Assembly (NCBI GenBank): GCA_036172245.1
Contig: JAYWIR010000010.1
Coordinates: 3,658,001 to 3,722,000 of the forward strand
Direction of reading: 5' to 3'
Origin: Raillietiella orientalis
Taxonomy: Eukaryota
Length of the DNA stretch: 64,000 bases
The notes beneath the pieces are model-generated. The model saw only the letters and a program-made list of their open reading frames with translations. It had not been told where the DNA came from and did not search any database. This document shows positions 1 through 14,126 of the stretch, piece after piece; position 1 is the first letter of the stretch; each line of letters begins with the position of its first letter. Position numbers and translations under genes: made by a program.

Positions 1-3000
1 TCGGAAGATTTGCGTAGATCGAAACTATGAGGTGGATTCCCTTGGATCTGGGAGTGATCTGCACTGCTGCTGCAAATCGTGAACTTTTCTTTTGGTCTTC
101 ATAGGCTGAGTCAAAGAAAATCGGGAAAGATGCATAAATCAAAAGATCAGTTTGAAACTTCAGCGAAAAATCGCATCCAGGTCGAGAGAAGAGAATACGC
201 GAGAGAAAGAGGTAATATGGAACCGCAATGGCAAACCTCAAAGATTAGAATAATCAAAGTCTCGGAAATGAGCTCAATGTGGTACGGATGTAGTATGCCT
301 AACTCGAAAAAAACTGTATACCTCTTGGATCTGGGGTTTCTTCTCTGCAAAGCAGCGCTGGGAAAGAGTAGTCCTTTCTCATAAACTCTCTTGGTTGGAA
401 GAATCTTTCCTGCTCACTTGACGTCGTTTACCAACAATTTTAAAGAATCCTGCGTCTTGGAAGTTCATAGACAGCAGATGGAAGAAGCCGAGCACTAATT
501 TCTTCAAACAGCAGCACGCATCAGCAAGACGAACGAACGATACCGATGCCGTCATCTCAAGCTGTTTGCACCTCGCAATAAGTTTGCTCTCAAGAAAAAG
601 AAATCGTTTACGTAGGGAAGATGGAAAAAGCAAAACGAATTCGTGTTATTTTTTGAGCGGGACTGTGGAAAAACAACGACATTAGCAACAAAAAAAATAA
701 AACTGTTTTTAAACGAAGCAATGTACCTGCCAAAGGTTCTTGTATCTACTCCAGGAATTTCACATTTGCTGTTTCACCAGTCACGATGGAGTATTCATTG
801 AAAAGATAAACAAACCAAGACAGTGTGACTTCCGACCGACTCCAATTGCTAAGGACTAATTTCGATTTGCTTGTGGGTCTTCCTTATTTCAAGTTTTTTT
901 GTAATGTAGAAAAGGAAAATGAATGATTTTCAACGGTTAAAACTGATATTCCTTTCGCCTTCATGAATGTAACTGCTTTAAATAATCAAGGATACATTTG
1001 GGCATTTGCCTTTTTGTGAAAATAGGAGGGGAGGATCGTAATGATAGGAGGGGGAGGGTACACGCATGCATATATCCTATCACCTAATTACGTAAACATA
1101 CTAAATAAACATAAAACACAGTAGAGTTCGCATTTTTAAACGTAGAGATAAGAAAATAAGCCCAATGCAAAAATCCCTAATTGTCAAAAAAAAACCATAT
1201 ACATAACTTTCCATTGTGAATTTAAAATTCACACATATTCACATCATTTCATCGACAGATTTCCGATTAGTCATTTCCTTTGTAAAGCACTCCGAAGTGT
1301 TAAGCAATCTTGGAAACATCGGGATGGTAAACCAGCTGTCCATGCAGATAAAGCACTCTTGTTTGTGACATCACTTTGTTCAGATACTTGACACAGTACA
1401 AGACAGAAGCGAAATTTCGATAAATTACTGAAACTCTCATAACCACTTCAATTGCCATAGGGTATTTGCATCAGTGATGTCTTCTTTAAAGACGGTAATT
1501 AGGAAATGAAAAGTATGCTTCCATCCTTCTTTGAATTCTATTTCTCAGTTGTCCAAGGGTCCGATAAACGGTGGGATGAACGTATTTAAAATCTGGGATA
1601 CATAACAACAGTTACTCAATCAATAGACACTACCGTCTCTGTCAAACAAACTTTGTTTTCCACTACCCTGAGTGTCACTGTTCCAAGCCAAGTTCGGGGT
1701 TGGTTACTGGGTTCTGGTCACTAGGGAGTTTGCGGCGTTCCGTTCACCCAGGCAGTATCTTCACTTCACACGTCTTTCGCAAGATGAAGCAATACATCCA
1801 GGCTGGGATCCGGGCACAGTTCCTGAGCAAAGCTCCTTCTGGATAAGTCCTTTGAAAATTTCTATTATTCCTGTTTTCTGTAGCTTTGTCCTTATTACAA
1901 TGCTTGTGATGAAGAGAGCTATCGCTGCACGTATCATGGATTGTATCGAGGAACGTTGAAATAATCACGTCAGGATTGCCATTCCTGCGCACGTCAGCAG
2001 ACCTATCACCTCCTTCAGTGCTGTCCAGTCTTAGCGCAGCGTTGAGTAGGTGAGCACGTGGAGCTGCATTCCCTGGTCCTCACATGTCTTGCAGAACTCC
2101 TCCAGCCAGTCCAGTATTTGATCCTGGAACAGCTCAGGATTCCTCTGTGGTAAAACATAAGGAGGTCATCATGAGTGTCTGGTGAAAGATCACTTCTCCA
2201 GACTGTCTCTCTGGCCATCTGCAAGTTCACGTTGCTGATCTCATAGCCGCTGGAAGCCGTGGAGAGGATGTCGTGTTTCCGTCTTTAGCGGGAAAGTTCC
2301 CGGATGCCCTTCTTGACTCGTGTAGTTATTTTGGTTTCGCGTGTCCTGTGAGCAAATCGTCCACTTATTTCTTGGTAGCATCGGAATAGCCGCATTTGGT
2401 GGCCACTGGTGGCGAACTGTTCGCAATCTCTAATTTTCGGTCTGGGACACTAATGTATCCATTGAGACGTCTCCCTTGCAACGGGGAGGGAGGGAAGTTG
2501 CTCTTTCCACAGTTCCTTACTCCTCAACACTACTTTGGATTCAATTTCTCAAGAGTTTTATAACATTACCATGGCAGATTGATCGAGTACATCGTTATGC
2601 ATACATACATAATACAAAGACCAAACTTGCATTGTGGATTCATTGATCCTTCACAAATCTCAGGATTTTTTTCACTTTTGTTCTTTTATTGGTTTTATAG
2701 TATTGAAACCATCCACATGACCCCAAACTTGTCAACGAAATACAGTGACTCAGTTTACAGTCTAACCTATAGTGAAAACGCTCAGTGCCATCATCGCCGT
2801 CGTAGAATACCATTATCGACTACATTTTTAAAGGATGGTATATCCTATCGCTGAATCGAAGTCTCGTTGTTCCACTTCCCCTATTTTGATGGAACTTCAA
2901 TTTCTTGGTGGCCTGGATAGATGACACAACCTCGTGTGCTCCGAGCATGACTTTGAAGTCTGCAAACGTCAAACCCGATCGGGCGAACCAGTTTTCGTGT

Positions 3001-3804
3001 ACAGAATGTGGATGAGCTTTGAAAAACAAAACTTGATTGACCGATGAGCACGGCTATCACATCCAATTACAATCTAAATCTTTTTAAAGACACTCCAAAG
3101 ACATTTGGAAGTGCTTACTTAGAAGACTCGTATAGTTACCGTGAAAGCATTTAGATGGGTTATTTATTCTAAGAAACGAATACCTTAGCATGAAGATGTT
3201 TTTAAAATGATTCCTCCAGCATATCAGCCCGAAAGATAGTTTCGCCCAAGAAAACAGCTTGCATTTTCCCAGAACAGACAAAATTTCAGTTGAATGAAGA
3301 GTGGATAGATAGATGAAGAGTGGATAATTACAACGCTTCATAATTTTGCACTCACAAATCATACTAGGAATACTTTAAATACTTGAAACGCATCTTTCGT
3401 ATATATCTCTCCTCATTCCCAAATTCTTACTTGGCTCTGAGAATCGATTTTATTGAAGGAAATGAAGGGTTAGTCATTGCCTAATGGATAAAATCTAAAC
3501 TCACTTATGAAAAACACAAATGACAACCTTAATGTAACGTTAATATAACTTTTTAAAGAGTTTGAATTTTTGAACATCATAATAGAATGCTTCATTTTTC
3601 TGATCCAGAACAAGATCATAACATGATTACTTCAATCCCAAACATGCACTTCACTCCCAGAACGCAGACGTTTCTCGATCAAAAATGCCATTACGACTTA
3701 TAAATTTCATAATTATTGTAAAAGAGTACTGCAAACTTCTGAATAACATGCTTCTTGTTCACAGCAGAAAATTTCTCCTGGTTTATCAACATGTTTTCAA
3801 CATG

Positions 3805-5483
3805 TCAAAATTCCATGGATTCATCTGCAAACAAATTAGCTGCACAGCAAGAGTTACCATAAATTACCATTTTGTTGCTGCCTCCGTTTTCGTTCTTTGA
3901 CACTGAGAGTCTGTACAAAGCAATCCAAGAACTCGACAGAAGACCTCAAATCAGTTTTCCGATACTCCTTCATCTTGTGCTTCTTTTCTTCTGAATTGAT
4001 TTCATCATATGCATTGATCTGCTGCACAAGTGTGCTATTGATCAAGTATTCTATAAATTTAAATGAAATTAAAATGCATACCTGAGGCATGGCACTTGAC
4101 TTAAATCAAATGAATCAATTCTCATTGGATCTATGGGTATGCATACCCGTCCAGTCTTGGGATGAATACAAAAGGGGGCTTTCAGAAGATGATTCAAATT
4201 CTGAGTCACATGAATATCTAATCGAGGATATGTAAAATTTAGAATGATTTCCAACAAAACATTTCTGCTAGACTGCTTCAGTTCTCCCTGAAGAAAACTA
4301 TTTTTACATATTAATAAAAATGGTAACATACTTTGCCAATAGCATCTTTAATCACTTCCTGTAAGGCTTTCCATTTGGATTTTGAGGAAGAACAAGTCTG
4401 GAGCTGATTCCTAGCAAACTGTTGCACACTCTTATCCAGAATGAAAGCTAATACTTTATTTTCTCCCTCTACAGTCCCTAAAATGTTCTGCTCTTCCAAA
4501 CACACAGTCTGAAAATAGGGCTTTATGATATTGAGAGCCCTTCTGACTTGAACCATTAATGTTCCATTAATGTTAATTGTAAACTTACTTGATGGAAGGA
4601 TGAATGCAATCATGTGGTAAAGAAACTTTCTTCATTTGCTGACTTCCTCCATGAATTATTTGCAAATATTCTGCCACAGCACTTCTAGCAGTTGTGGATA
4701 GAGTTCGTGCCTCTTTATCACATACCCAACAATGAACACCCCTGCGTCCAGAAAACACCCACAATAAATGCTGCCAGCCAAAATCCTCTAACATAGAGAA
4801 TGAATTCCTTATTTCTATAGAATTTATCACCTCTCAATGATGCATCTAAAACCTTGATCCCAATAATCATGAACTTCCAGCATTTTGAACACACATCGGC
4901 CCCAGAACAACAAGTACGAATTTCATCATAATCTGTCAAATCAATATCAAGCACAAGTTCTTTTTCCTCAGCTTGAAAATTCAAAACAGCCTTATGAGAT
5001 CTGGGTCTAAAAAATACATAAGAATATATGTAAAATCAAGCTCTTCATCCTTAAACATGTTAATGCAACTTCAGAATATCAGAATGAAATTTTTAAGCAT
5101 TGAAAAAAGGTTTTATGCCAAAAATTCAAGTACCGTGAATTAAAGGTTGCACCAATGTCTATTTTTTGAGGGCAATTATGCTGCACTCCCTTTCGAAATT
5201 CCTCTTCTGTTTCAAAGGATTGGTAACGCAAATATACATCATTATCAAGAGTAAAAGAAAATTCACGATGAGAAAAATATTTTGATGCTGGAATAATAAA
5301 TTAATGGTACCAATTAATGGCTATGAATTGTGCAGTTTATCGAAAATGAACTGCTTCGACACAACATAAAATCTCATACATACTGTTTCCGTACGAAAGC
5401 CATTTGCAGAATGAATCATATGGAAACAGTCTATTATAGTAAAGGACCAAAGGTTTTGACAGATCTTCCTGATGTACTCTCAT
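3805..5483 (-). CDS. PRIM1: DNA primase small (catalytic) subunit; exons 5483-5384, 5287-5134, 5006-4831, 4787-4589, 4542-4332, 4287-4082, 4034-3868, 3824-3805
   Basis: Hand splicing at GT-AG sites gives an open 1,233-nt CDS. It contains [34 protein letters not shown] (catalytic DxD), [17 protein letters not shown] and [15 protein letters not shown], all diagnostic of eukaryotic primase p48. Confidence 0.97.
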
Positions 5484-7865
5484 TGCTAATACAATTACAA
5501 TTACTGTCTAAGAGTAATAAACAAACCGAATGATAGATCTCAAAAGAACTGACACTTCGTGAGCACTTACATCACATTTACAAAGCTTTAAACACACAAC
5601 AAAGTGAAAGGCCGAAGGCCCTTAATATTTTCGTGTTGCAATTCCCGCTCGAACAGTATACTCATATACGGCTTAACGAAAATGATTTAAATTTCATGTT
5701 TTGACATAAGTTTTGTTTAGTCTTACAAAAGTTATTTAATGATTTGTATTTGCGTTTGAATTCGGAGGTAATGAGATTAAAAAATATATAATTACTTCTT
5801 TCATTAAAAAATTCATAATATATTTATATCAATGCAATATGAAATATAAATATTGTGATTAACTTTATACAAAACGTTATTAATCATAACGTTACGTTTA
5901 TGTACCCTCAAGGGCACCTGTGTATATGTACGCTTATGTGGAATTTATAAAATGATTTTTTTACTCCATACTCAAACTGCAATTAATTTTTAGAATCTGC
6001 AAGTGTGTGGAAGCACTTTTGAGTGTCACAGATAATGGACCTCTTAACTAAACAGTCGGAATAAAAAAAAAGTAATAATAATGATGTGATAATTGAATCA
6101 AAATCGTTAATATCGATGTAGATAAAACTTTGTAAGAAAGGATACTTATTAATATAACTTTTAATTCCTAATGAATCAATGACAAGAAAGATAATGAACA
6201 AGCTATTTCAAACTAGGAAAACATGAGATTTTGAATGAATAAGATTTCGAAAACCATCAATAAAAGATTGAATTTTTATTTTTGTAAAAAAAGCCACCCT
6301 AATTCTCTGCATGCTTCTTCGCATTCTATATCTGCATGCTTCTATCTCTCCTTTAAACTAATATGGTGCTGATAATGATAAGATCACAATTGGAAGAAAT
6401 ATATCAGAAAACTGCTAAAGCGGTCTCAAATGGTTTCTTCTCTCAATGGAGTATTCATATCTTCAATTTAAATTACGTTGAGAAACCTTAGGATTACAAG
6501 CCAGCATCTCTTTCATTCTGTTCTCAGTAGTTGGCGACTATGTGAATGGAACATTGATATTCTGAGTGATCTGCTGGACAATGTCATCAAAAATCTAACC
6601 TTGCGTAATTTTTCAATTATGTTTTCCAAATAAGTCAATGAAATGTTTGAAATGTAGTAATCCTTATTTCAATGAAATTTTTTTTAAAATAACTACTTTT
6701 TAACCTCCTTGAAATAACTGGATTGGAAGGTGCATTCAAAATCAATCATCTAAGGAATAATTACACATGAGGGAAGAACTTGTGAATGGCAAAGCACATA
6801 AAAGCGTATAGTTAAAAGTAATATTAATTAATCCAATATCTTGATTTTAAATTCAGTCGGCAACCGCATTAGTGCACATATGTTTACGTGTTCTTAAGAG
6901 TATATACTATTTCTTCCTTTTCTTAAAGATGAAGTTATGCAATATGTCTAAAGAGGGAAAGAAGAGCACAGATAAGCACAAGAGGGAGCTTCTACCATCT
7001 ACTGAGCCAATCTGTTCTCTTCCATTGGTGGTGAAGGATTCCACAAGCTGGGAAGCATCCAAGGGAAATCGGAATGAGGCCTCAGCTGAGCGTCTAGCTG
7101 GGACCACTGCTCATACCGAATCAGTCACAATGCTCAGCAAGGGGCGAGAGCTAACCGGTGATTAATAGACGAGCAAATGGCCGGGAAGCCGCAAGAGATG
7201 CCCGCTATTTCATGTCAGCACGACCCCGACTAAATTTCCGTGCACACAACGGAGCCGAAAATTCATCGCGAACTTTTTTTTAAGTTCCTTGTGCGTGGAA
7301 TGAGTTCAGAGCACTTGGACGGTGATGCCTTGCAAGCAGAACCACTAATGTCTCTTCCCTTCCATTTCCCTATGCATTTGGATGGCGACCCCCATTGCGG
7401 ATGTCAAACCTTCAATGCACATCCCGGCAACGCTGTATGTTTGAACACGCACCATTCCTCTCTTGATGAGTTCCCACCAAAAAACGGTCATCCAAATTCC
7501 TTCAGTTTCCTCATTCCTCGAATTTCTCTCATTGCCTGAGATCCTGCCCTGACTGTTGTCAAGGCGGCGCGCGCTCCTTCGCAGGCGAAGCGGAGAGTCA
7601 CTTCCCGACACTTGCTCTCTCTCTGCTTTTCTCGTCGCGACGCTTCCCATGCTGTTGTGGAGACGAGCGGCGCCATCAGAACGAGTCCTTTCACTTGGTC
7701 CCGTAGCTCCACTTCCGTCTTCAGCTTCCCGAAATGCGTCCGGCCATCAACCCTCGGCCTTTCAAGATAGGCTTCTTCCTCCGGATCGCCAACTCTTCGT
7801 GCCCCTCCGGCACGATGCTCCGACTACAGCGCGGCCGGTTGAGGAGCTGCCTTCCACCTTGAGCG

Positions 7866-9086
7866 CCTTCTTCTCTGGCGATACCCGCACAAGCAGCAGG
7901 TCGTGCCGTGCTGCACGGATCGATGGATGATCTCCAAATAGAAGATGTCCGCCGCTGCCAACGCAGCTCCCAGCGATCCGGATGTTTCCGAAAACACCCT
8001 CTCCCTGCAACTCGTTGTTCCCAAACTTGAGGTGATTTTCTTTCCGTCGTGCGCGTCCATCGTGCAGCTTCCGATGTCGGTTGAGCTACTTCTTTTCCAA
8101 ATGTCCCTTCCATCTCCCTTCTTCCGGATGCTCGCCTTCTCCTCGTGCGGCCACTTTGCATGCCGCTGCCCACTTCATTCCCCCGTGAACCGAGCGGTCC
8201 GCGTTCAGCCAAGTCTTCGTCCGGCGGTCATGCTTGCGTTCTTTTCCCTACCTTTCCCTACCTACGGGATAGTTCCTGCGTTGCCGACAAGTCGGCAGCT
8301 GGGAGCACTTATCCGTCGCGGAGTTTTCGAGCAAGTTGGGCAGGGCGAGGCGTCCGTCTGATCGGTTCGTCTACACCTACGCATTCGCTGGTGTCCCTGG
8401 TGGTTGGCACACGTTGCGATGAGCTGTCCTTCGGGAACCTCCGTTCCTCTTTCTTGAACGTTCCCAGCTGAAGACGGAAGTGGTTTGCAGCGTGCAGCGC
8501 AAGACGAGGAGGAGAGAAGAGCGTTTTCGCGCCATGCACACAACCCGCAACCCCTTGTGGTCACAGTCTTTGCTCGATTTTGTCGCTTAGCGGTCTCGGG
8601 TGCGAATTCCAGGATTTTACCTGGATTTCGGACTTTGGGAATTTCCAGTCGAGCACTTCTGTCGGCTGCAGGACTGCCGTGCGTGCATCCCTGATTCCAC
8701 CCCATGCCCTGCTCTGTGCAGAAGCGGAAGCGGTTTCAGGAAAATGGGAAAGCAAAGCGAGCGATCGTTTCCTGCATCGCGAAGAGGACCCCGGAGAGGT
8801 GCCTGCTTGTTCCAGGGATTTCTCTTTCCGGGAATTTCTCTCTTCCAGGAATTCTTTACCAAACGCTCTTCCATCAATCGCAGAGGGTTGGAGACCACAC
8901 GGTTTTCCGTTTCATCTCCTTCGAGACTCTCGAGGTCGTGCTGCAAACTGGCCCTGCCTTCCCTCGTGACTTGGGAGTGCGGGAAAGCTTGTTCCTTAGA
9001 CGTGCCGTGGATGACCAGGAGCTCCTCAGGAATGGCTCGAGGAGGTTTGGAAGAGATCCTTCGCTTGCCAGCTCTTTTTGTATGCA
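7866..9086. repeat. Copy 1 of a 1,221-bp near-identical inverted duplication (partner 62780-64000)
   Basis: The reverse complement of 62780-64000 aligns colinearly with equal length. I noticed only about four substitutions, and the ORF track shows mirrored ORFs (e.g. 8262..8705- equals 63161..63604+). The match may extend left of 7866 because the partner is cut by the window edge. Confidence 0.97.
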
Positions 9087-9089
9087 TCG

Positions 9090-9370
9090 AATCTACTCCT
9101 TTCCTTCTTGGTATTGCCATGAACGGTGTTATTCCTAAGATCTTGGGAATAAAACCGGACTTCTCCATTAACCGTGACGGATCCTTTGCTAAGCTGTCCC
9201 ATTCGAGGCCTTCTCAGCTGTTCAATTCCTCAGAATTAACTCTTTTACTTTCAAACTGATCTTGAAAGATCTCCTATTGCAAGTTTCTGTTTTGGTTTCT
9301 TCCATCTCCCTCTATTTCACCGACTTTGCTACGAATGGCAGTTTTATGTCTGCCCTTGTTTCTCATTGCA
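9090..9370 (-). mobile_element. Possible decayed non-LTR (RTE-like) reverse transcriptase fragment, broken at the duplication junction
   Basis: Minus-strand translation NSEELNS*EGLEWDSLAKDPSRLMEKSGFIPKILGITPFMAIPRRKG resembles the LINE RT N-terminal block (E.L..l......L......sG.IP......fi.IPKKG). It has internal stops; motif resemblance only. Confidence 0.35.
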
Positions 9371-10215
9371 TTTGAATAAGAGGTCACTATCTTGACAAGA
9401 ACTATGTGTACATTCTTTGAAGATCACAAATTAATGTTAAGATACTCAATGCTGGCTGTAATTTGAATGTTTAAAACAGGATGCTTTGTATCCAAAAATT
9501 GGGCATCACAAATGTCAATAATTTGTTATAGCTTACATACAATTCAATAAACATTTATATATGTTGCAATTGATTTCTAATAAATTATTTTCTGTTTTAC
9601 TTCTCTAATTATAGAACAAAACAAAGCTAATAAACTAAATAGATGATTATTTCAGGTTTCTCTTTCTGTCTTTCTCTTCAGAACAACTATATTTCTCCCA
9701 AACTTATGCAATGGCTTGTAGAAGCCCATTCAACAGTTATGAAATTGCAAATTATCTTCGCTCCAAATATTTAGTTCCTCAGTTTGAAAACATACTTATT
9801 GATATTTCTGTTTTTGTTTTAGTTTGTAGAGACTGATTTCTCTATACTCTCGAGAACGATTACTGTTTTAGAGAAACATAAAGGAACTTTGAAGAATTTA
9901 ACGTCCCTCTCTTATATGTAATTGAACTGCCGTGGATTAATTGTAACAGTTCTGATTATAATCCGATGTAAGTTCAAATGCACGTGAATATGCAACCACG
10001 ACTGGAAGCACAGGACTGTTTCCAATGGGCCAACATAGCAAGGGCACTCATTAAATGCTAAACTAAATTCATAGCTCTAATTTGTGTCTCATCTGGCAAT
10101 CATGTGTGTAACGTCTATACTGTAACTTGAGTTCAGTTTTCAGAATGCAGAAGGAAAACTACTGTACATTTTGTAGTGGACGATACTTTATAATGGAGAA
10201 TTATATTACTTTGTG

Positions 10216-11903
10216 ATGGAGAATATTATAAAGGAATACCGTGCTCAGGTTGCATTAGCGCCCATGGTGAGAGTCTCCACTTTGCCAATGAGACTTCTCG
10301 CATTAGAAATGGGTGCAGATATTGTGTATAGTGAAGAACTCATAGATCTCAGAATAATAAACTGCAAGAAAATAAGAAATGGTATGCCGGTATTTTAGAA
10401 GTATTCTGTGTAATATAGGCCACTCTATTGTTATTTCAATAATGTGGATTTTGTGAATAGATATCCTGTGTACTACTGATTTTGTTGATGAAGCTAGCAA
10501 AAATGTTGTTTTTAGAACATGTGATCAGGAAGCTGGAAGAATTGTTGTCCAGATTGCAACTAATTCTGCGCAGCGTGCCTTAGAAGCAGCACGTATCATG
10601 TAATTTGTATTTTTATATTTGTTTACAACAAAATTAGACAAACAAAACAATTCAATTTTAAAAGAATTCGCATTATTTGATTATCATAAACACTATTCCG
10701 TCTGTTATTAGAACATCTAAGCATAAAGTGCCGTAAGCATAAAGTTTATTTGTTTCATCTGTTTCAGAGAAGATGAGTCTTCTGGTATTGACATCAACAT
10801 GGGATGTCCAAAGAGTTTTTCAATAAAAGGAGGAATGGGTGCTGCATTATTAACTCAACCAGTAAAAATACGTGATATATTAACCACTCTGAAATTGAAT
10901 TGCAAAAAGCCAGTTTCTTGTAAAATTCGTATTTTAAAACAAATTGAAGATACGTTGGAGTTATGTAAATTGATAGAAAAGTGTGGAGTAGATGCAATTG
11001 CAGTTCATGCGAGAACCAAGGATGAGAGAAACAAAGATGCTAATCATGATAGTGAACTCTCTCTCATCAAGCAACATGTCTCTATTCCAATGTTTGGCAA
11101 GTAAGTTGTCAGCAGTTGTGTATAGTCAATGCTTTTAGTGGCTTTTCTCAGAACATTCATTGCTATGAAGATATCCGAAGAATTTGGCAAAAATTGAAAG
11201 TGGATAGTATCATGGTGGCAAGAGCAGCAATGAGAAATCCATCAGTTTTTCGTAAGGAAGGCTTATTGCCTTCTAAACAGATAGCTCAGCGTTATTTGCA
11301 GTTATGCATTGACTATGATAACAGTGTAGCAAATACCAAATATTGCTTGCAAAGTATGCTTTCGGGTGGACACTGTAAAATTGATGACAAGTGGATTACT
11401 GCTCAAAGCTTGGAAGAACTCTGGTAGAAACATAAATATTTTTCTTCCTGTTTCACCATGCTTTGTAGTGTTCATTTTGGGCTGACTCATTATTATCAGC
11501 ATAAGATGTCTTCCAGAAAGAAAATGCTACATAAAGAAATGCTGGAAAAGCCTTTCAGAGTACATGAAAGGGACAATGGTGATAAAGTTGTTGAAATGGA
11601 AGTTCATTTCTGCAAAAGACTGTATTCAAATTCTAATTTCCCCAAAACCAAGCTAGCCTTATGGTGTCAGAAAAATAATATGCCAGTTCCTTCATACCAT
11701 ACCATGCAGAAAGGAAAAATGTTTCAATGCATGGTCCAACTTGCTGGTCATCAATTTGTTGCTTTACCTGGGTATGTGTTATTCTTTTATTATGTTAAAA
11801 TGTGTTGGTATTTTTCAGAGAGAAATGTCGTCGTTACTCAGAGCAAGCAACAGCTCTGGTATGCCTCCTTTACTTTGGATTACAACAATCTGTAGTTCTT
11901 TAA
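10216..11903 (+). CDS. DUS2: tRNA-dihydrouridine(20) synthase with C-terminal dsRNA-binding domain; exons 10216-10381, 10461-10599, 10768-11100, 11139-11423, 11469-11771, 11819-11903
   Basis: Hand splicing gives an open 1,311-nt CDS. Motifs: LAPMVRVSTLPMRLLAL, GADIVYSEELID, GIDINMGCPK.FS.KGGMGAALL, CKIRIL, AVHAR, MVARAA, and dsRBD-like PKTKL..WC ... SEQATALVCL. Confidence 0.96.
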
Positions 11904-12439
11904 AAGAGTATAATTAATTGCAGCATGCAGTTTTTGTATTTCATGGCAGGAGAATTCGTATAAATGTAATGATAAATATTAATGAAAGGGAAATCTTGAT
12001 CATTTGTGCTTGTATTCAAAACTGGCCATATCTCCTGAAAAGATGCATAATATGGGCTAACCTTTCTATTTAAATGTGCTTAATGATTAGATAAGAGTAA
12101 TTACGTATGTTTAAACATATCGAGTTTTCATAGAAAACTTCTTATTGCTATTCAAAAGTTGCCCATTAATCTCATTTATCAGAATTTCCCTGACTACTTA
12201 GATGTTTATTCAGACAACTGTTTTGTTGGCATGCCACCTGAGCATCAAGTATTATAAAGTGCATTCTTCACAAACATATCTTATTGGTAGAAATTATCAT
12301 CATTTAGAATGAATTGTCTGCATGCTTAATGAAAAAGTTCATTGATGTCAAGTGGTGGTACTGTTTGTTGTATTACATCAAACGAAATACACCACAAACT
12401 ATTCGTAGGACTTTATGTAATCTCGTAAAACAAACTGTA

Positions 12440-12580
12440 TTCGTTGTCAGTTCTTGCATTGATGCAACTACAACTACTGTGTTTAGAATACAGTTTTATC
12501 ATCCATAAAAAGCATGCCTTTATTTTATCAAACAAGAAATGCATTTCATCAGACGCTGTTCCAACCTTTTATACCCAGAG
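12440..12580 (+). pseudogene. Possible degenerate THAP-domain remnant
   Basis: KKCISSDAVPTFY resembles the THAP C-terminal AVPT box, but the C2CH ligands are not recognisable. Confidence 0.2.
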
Positions 12581-14126
12581 GTTCAGAAATCTAATAAAAA
12601 AGGGAACAAGAGAAAATAAAGGCTCAGTTTCATCATGTGCGTTCTGGTTTTTTTACTCACTTAAAAACCAGTAAATATGTTAAAAATAAAGATCTTGATT
12701 CATGACAATTGGATCACAATGATTTATGTTTTACATTGTGGCCCAAAGGTGCTCTAGTCAAGTCAGGCTTCTTCCTGAAGAATTGGATTTAACTTGCGCT
12801 GGAATTCGTTTGCAGGCCAAGGAGCTGAAGTACTTAAATGAGAGGACAAAATTGCAATTTGCCGTTGGTCGCTCATCGCAGGCCAAAACTGAACAGGAGT
12901 TTGAAATGTAAGCATTCCAGATGCTTGATCGGAAAATACATGCATGTGTGTATTTTTGCCACCATACAGTAGTTATTAAGCATACGGACATGTATGTACA
13001 CACATCCATGCATAGACAGAAGCGCAGACAACAGCAGGAAATGACTTTCAAGACATGTGAACACAACAGCTGAGTTCTATTACTTGGATTTGAAAAATGA
13101 GAAAAACATGAAATGCACGTCCATGACCTGATGGAGTGTGCTCATCATTTTAAATCGGTGAGCTGAATCAGTCTGCTCTTTGAAAGCCATTGGTGATTGT
13201 TTTATTTGAAAAATTGATAAAAGGGATTGTAACGTTTGTAAAAAGGTTCTCTCCGCATCCTTCGCCTCAAGCTGTCTTGCATCTGCCAATCCAAAGATTG
13301 GATGCTTATCTCGGAGAGTCTCTCTTTTAAGCCTTCTAGTTTGTTGATTGATCTCTGAGCCTGATGGAACATCGCTTGAGTATAGTTTATCCCCCTTGTG
13401 AGATATATTTGGATCTGCTTTAATCTGGATCAAAAGGCATGATTATCACAATCGTAAAGTGGTAGAGAAATTTTTCTTTTTACTATAAAAGGCAGTGTAT
13501 AAGCTACATTAAAGTTGCAACACGTTTCCCACCCGGCAAGGACAAGGAGCAAAGTTCAATTTTCAACGTGAAGGAAGAAAATCGTGCCAACAAGGCAGTC
13601 AGTCATTTCAAACATTCCAGATGTTCGATGATGGTGGTGCTTCCTCATAGCCAGCGCGGCGCGCAGAGATGCATACGCGAAGCGGCTAAGACTGCGTCGT
13701 CAAGGCAACAGCGTCCAGGCGCTCGGTGCATGCTGATCCGTGGAGGAAGCTGAGCGAAGGAATGGCATACCGTGAACGAATATATCTTTCCAACTCTCGG
13801 AAATTGAGGCAGTTTTGAAATCTAGTGGTTGGCAGTAATATTGGAAGCAGAGTGGAAGGATATTTTTATTTCTGTTTCTTTTTTTTTCAGGAAGAAATTC
13901 ATGCAGTAATTCATTAAGTTTCCATGAAATGGAATTTTAAAGTGACGGTTTCCTATCGGAATTTTCTAGAATTATGTCTGGAGCTCCCATAATTTTCAGA
14001 AATTAAGGCAGGGCTGGGTTCCTGTTCCGTCTAATGCCAAGGTTAACACAGTTTCTGGTTTATTATTTCTGACGGATATTTATGTCTACGCTACACATAA
14101 CTGTTTTGAAATTCTTCTTGCAAAGT

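Noticed and set aside
1270..2420. Protein-like minus-strand frames (NPELFQDQILDWLEEFCKTCED; VLYLHGQLVYHP)
   Set aside because: Probably a decayed gene, but many stops and no motif I can assign.
5607..5623. GGCCGAAGGCC hairpin near the PRIM1 5' end, like hammerhead stem II
   Set aside because: No CTGANGA/GAAA catalytic core around it.
7060..7165. HDV-like ribozyme candidate ending GAGCTAACCGG
   Set aside because: I could not build the P1/P2/P3 pairings convincingly.
7488..7870. VKGLVLMAPLV and WKAAPQPAAL resembling monoglyceride lipase
   Set aside because: No GHSMG elbow and spacing is inconsistent; may be chance.
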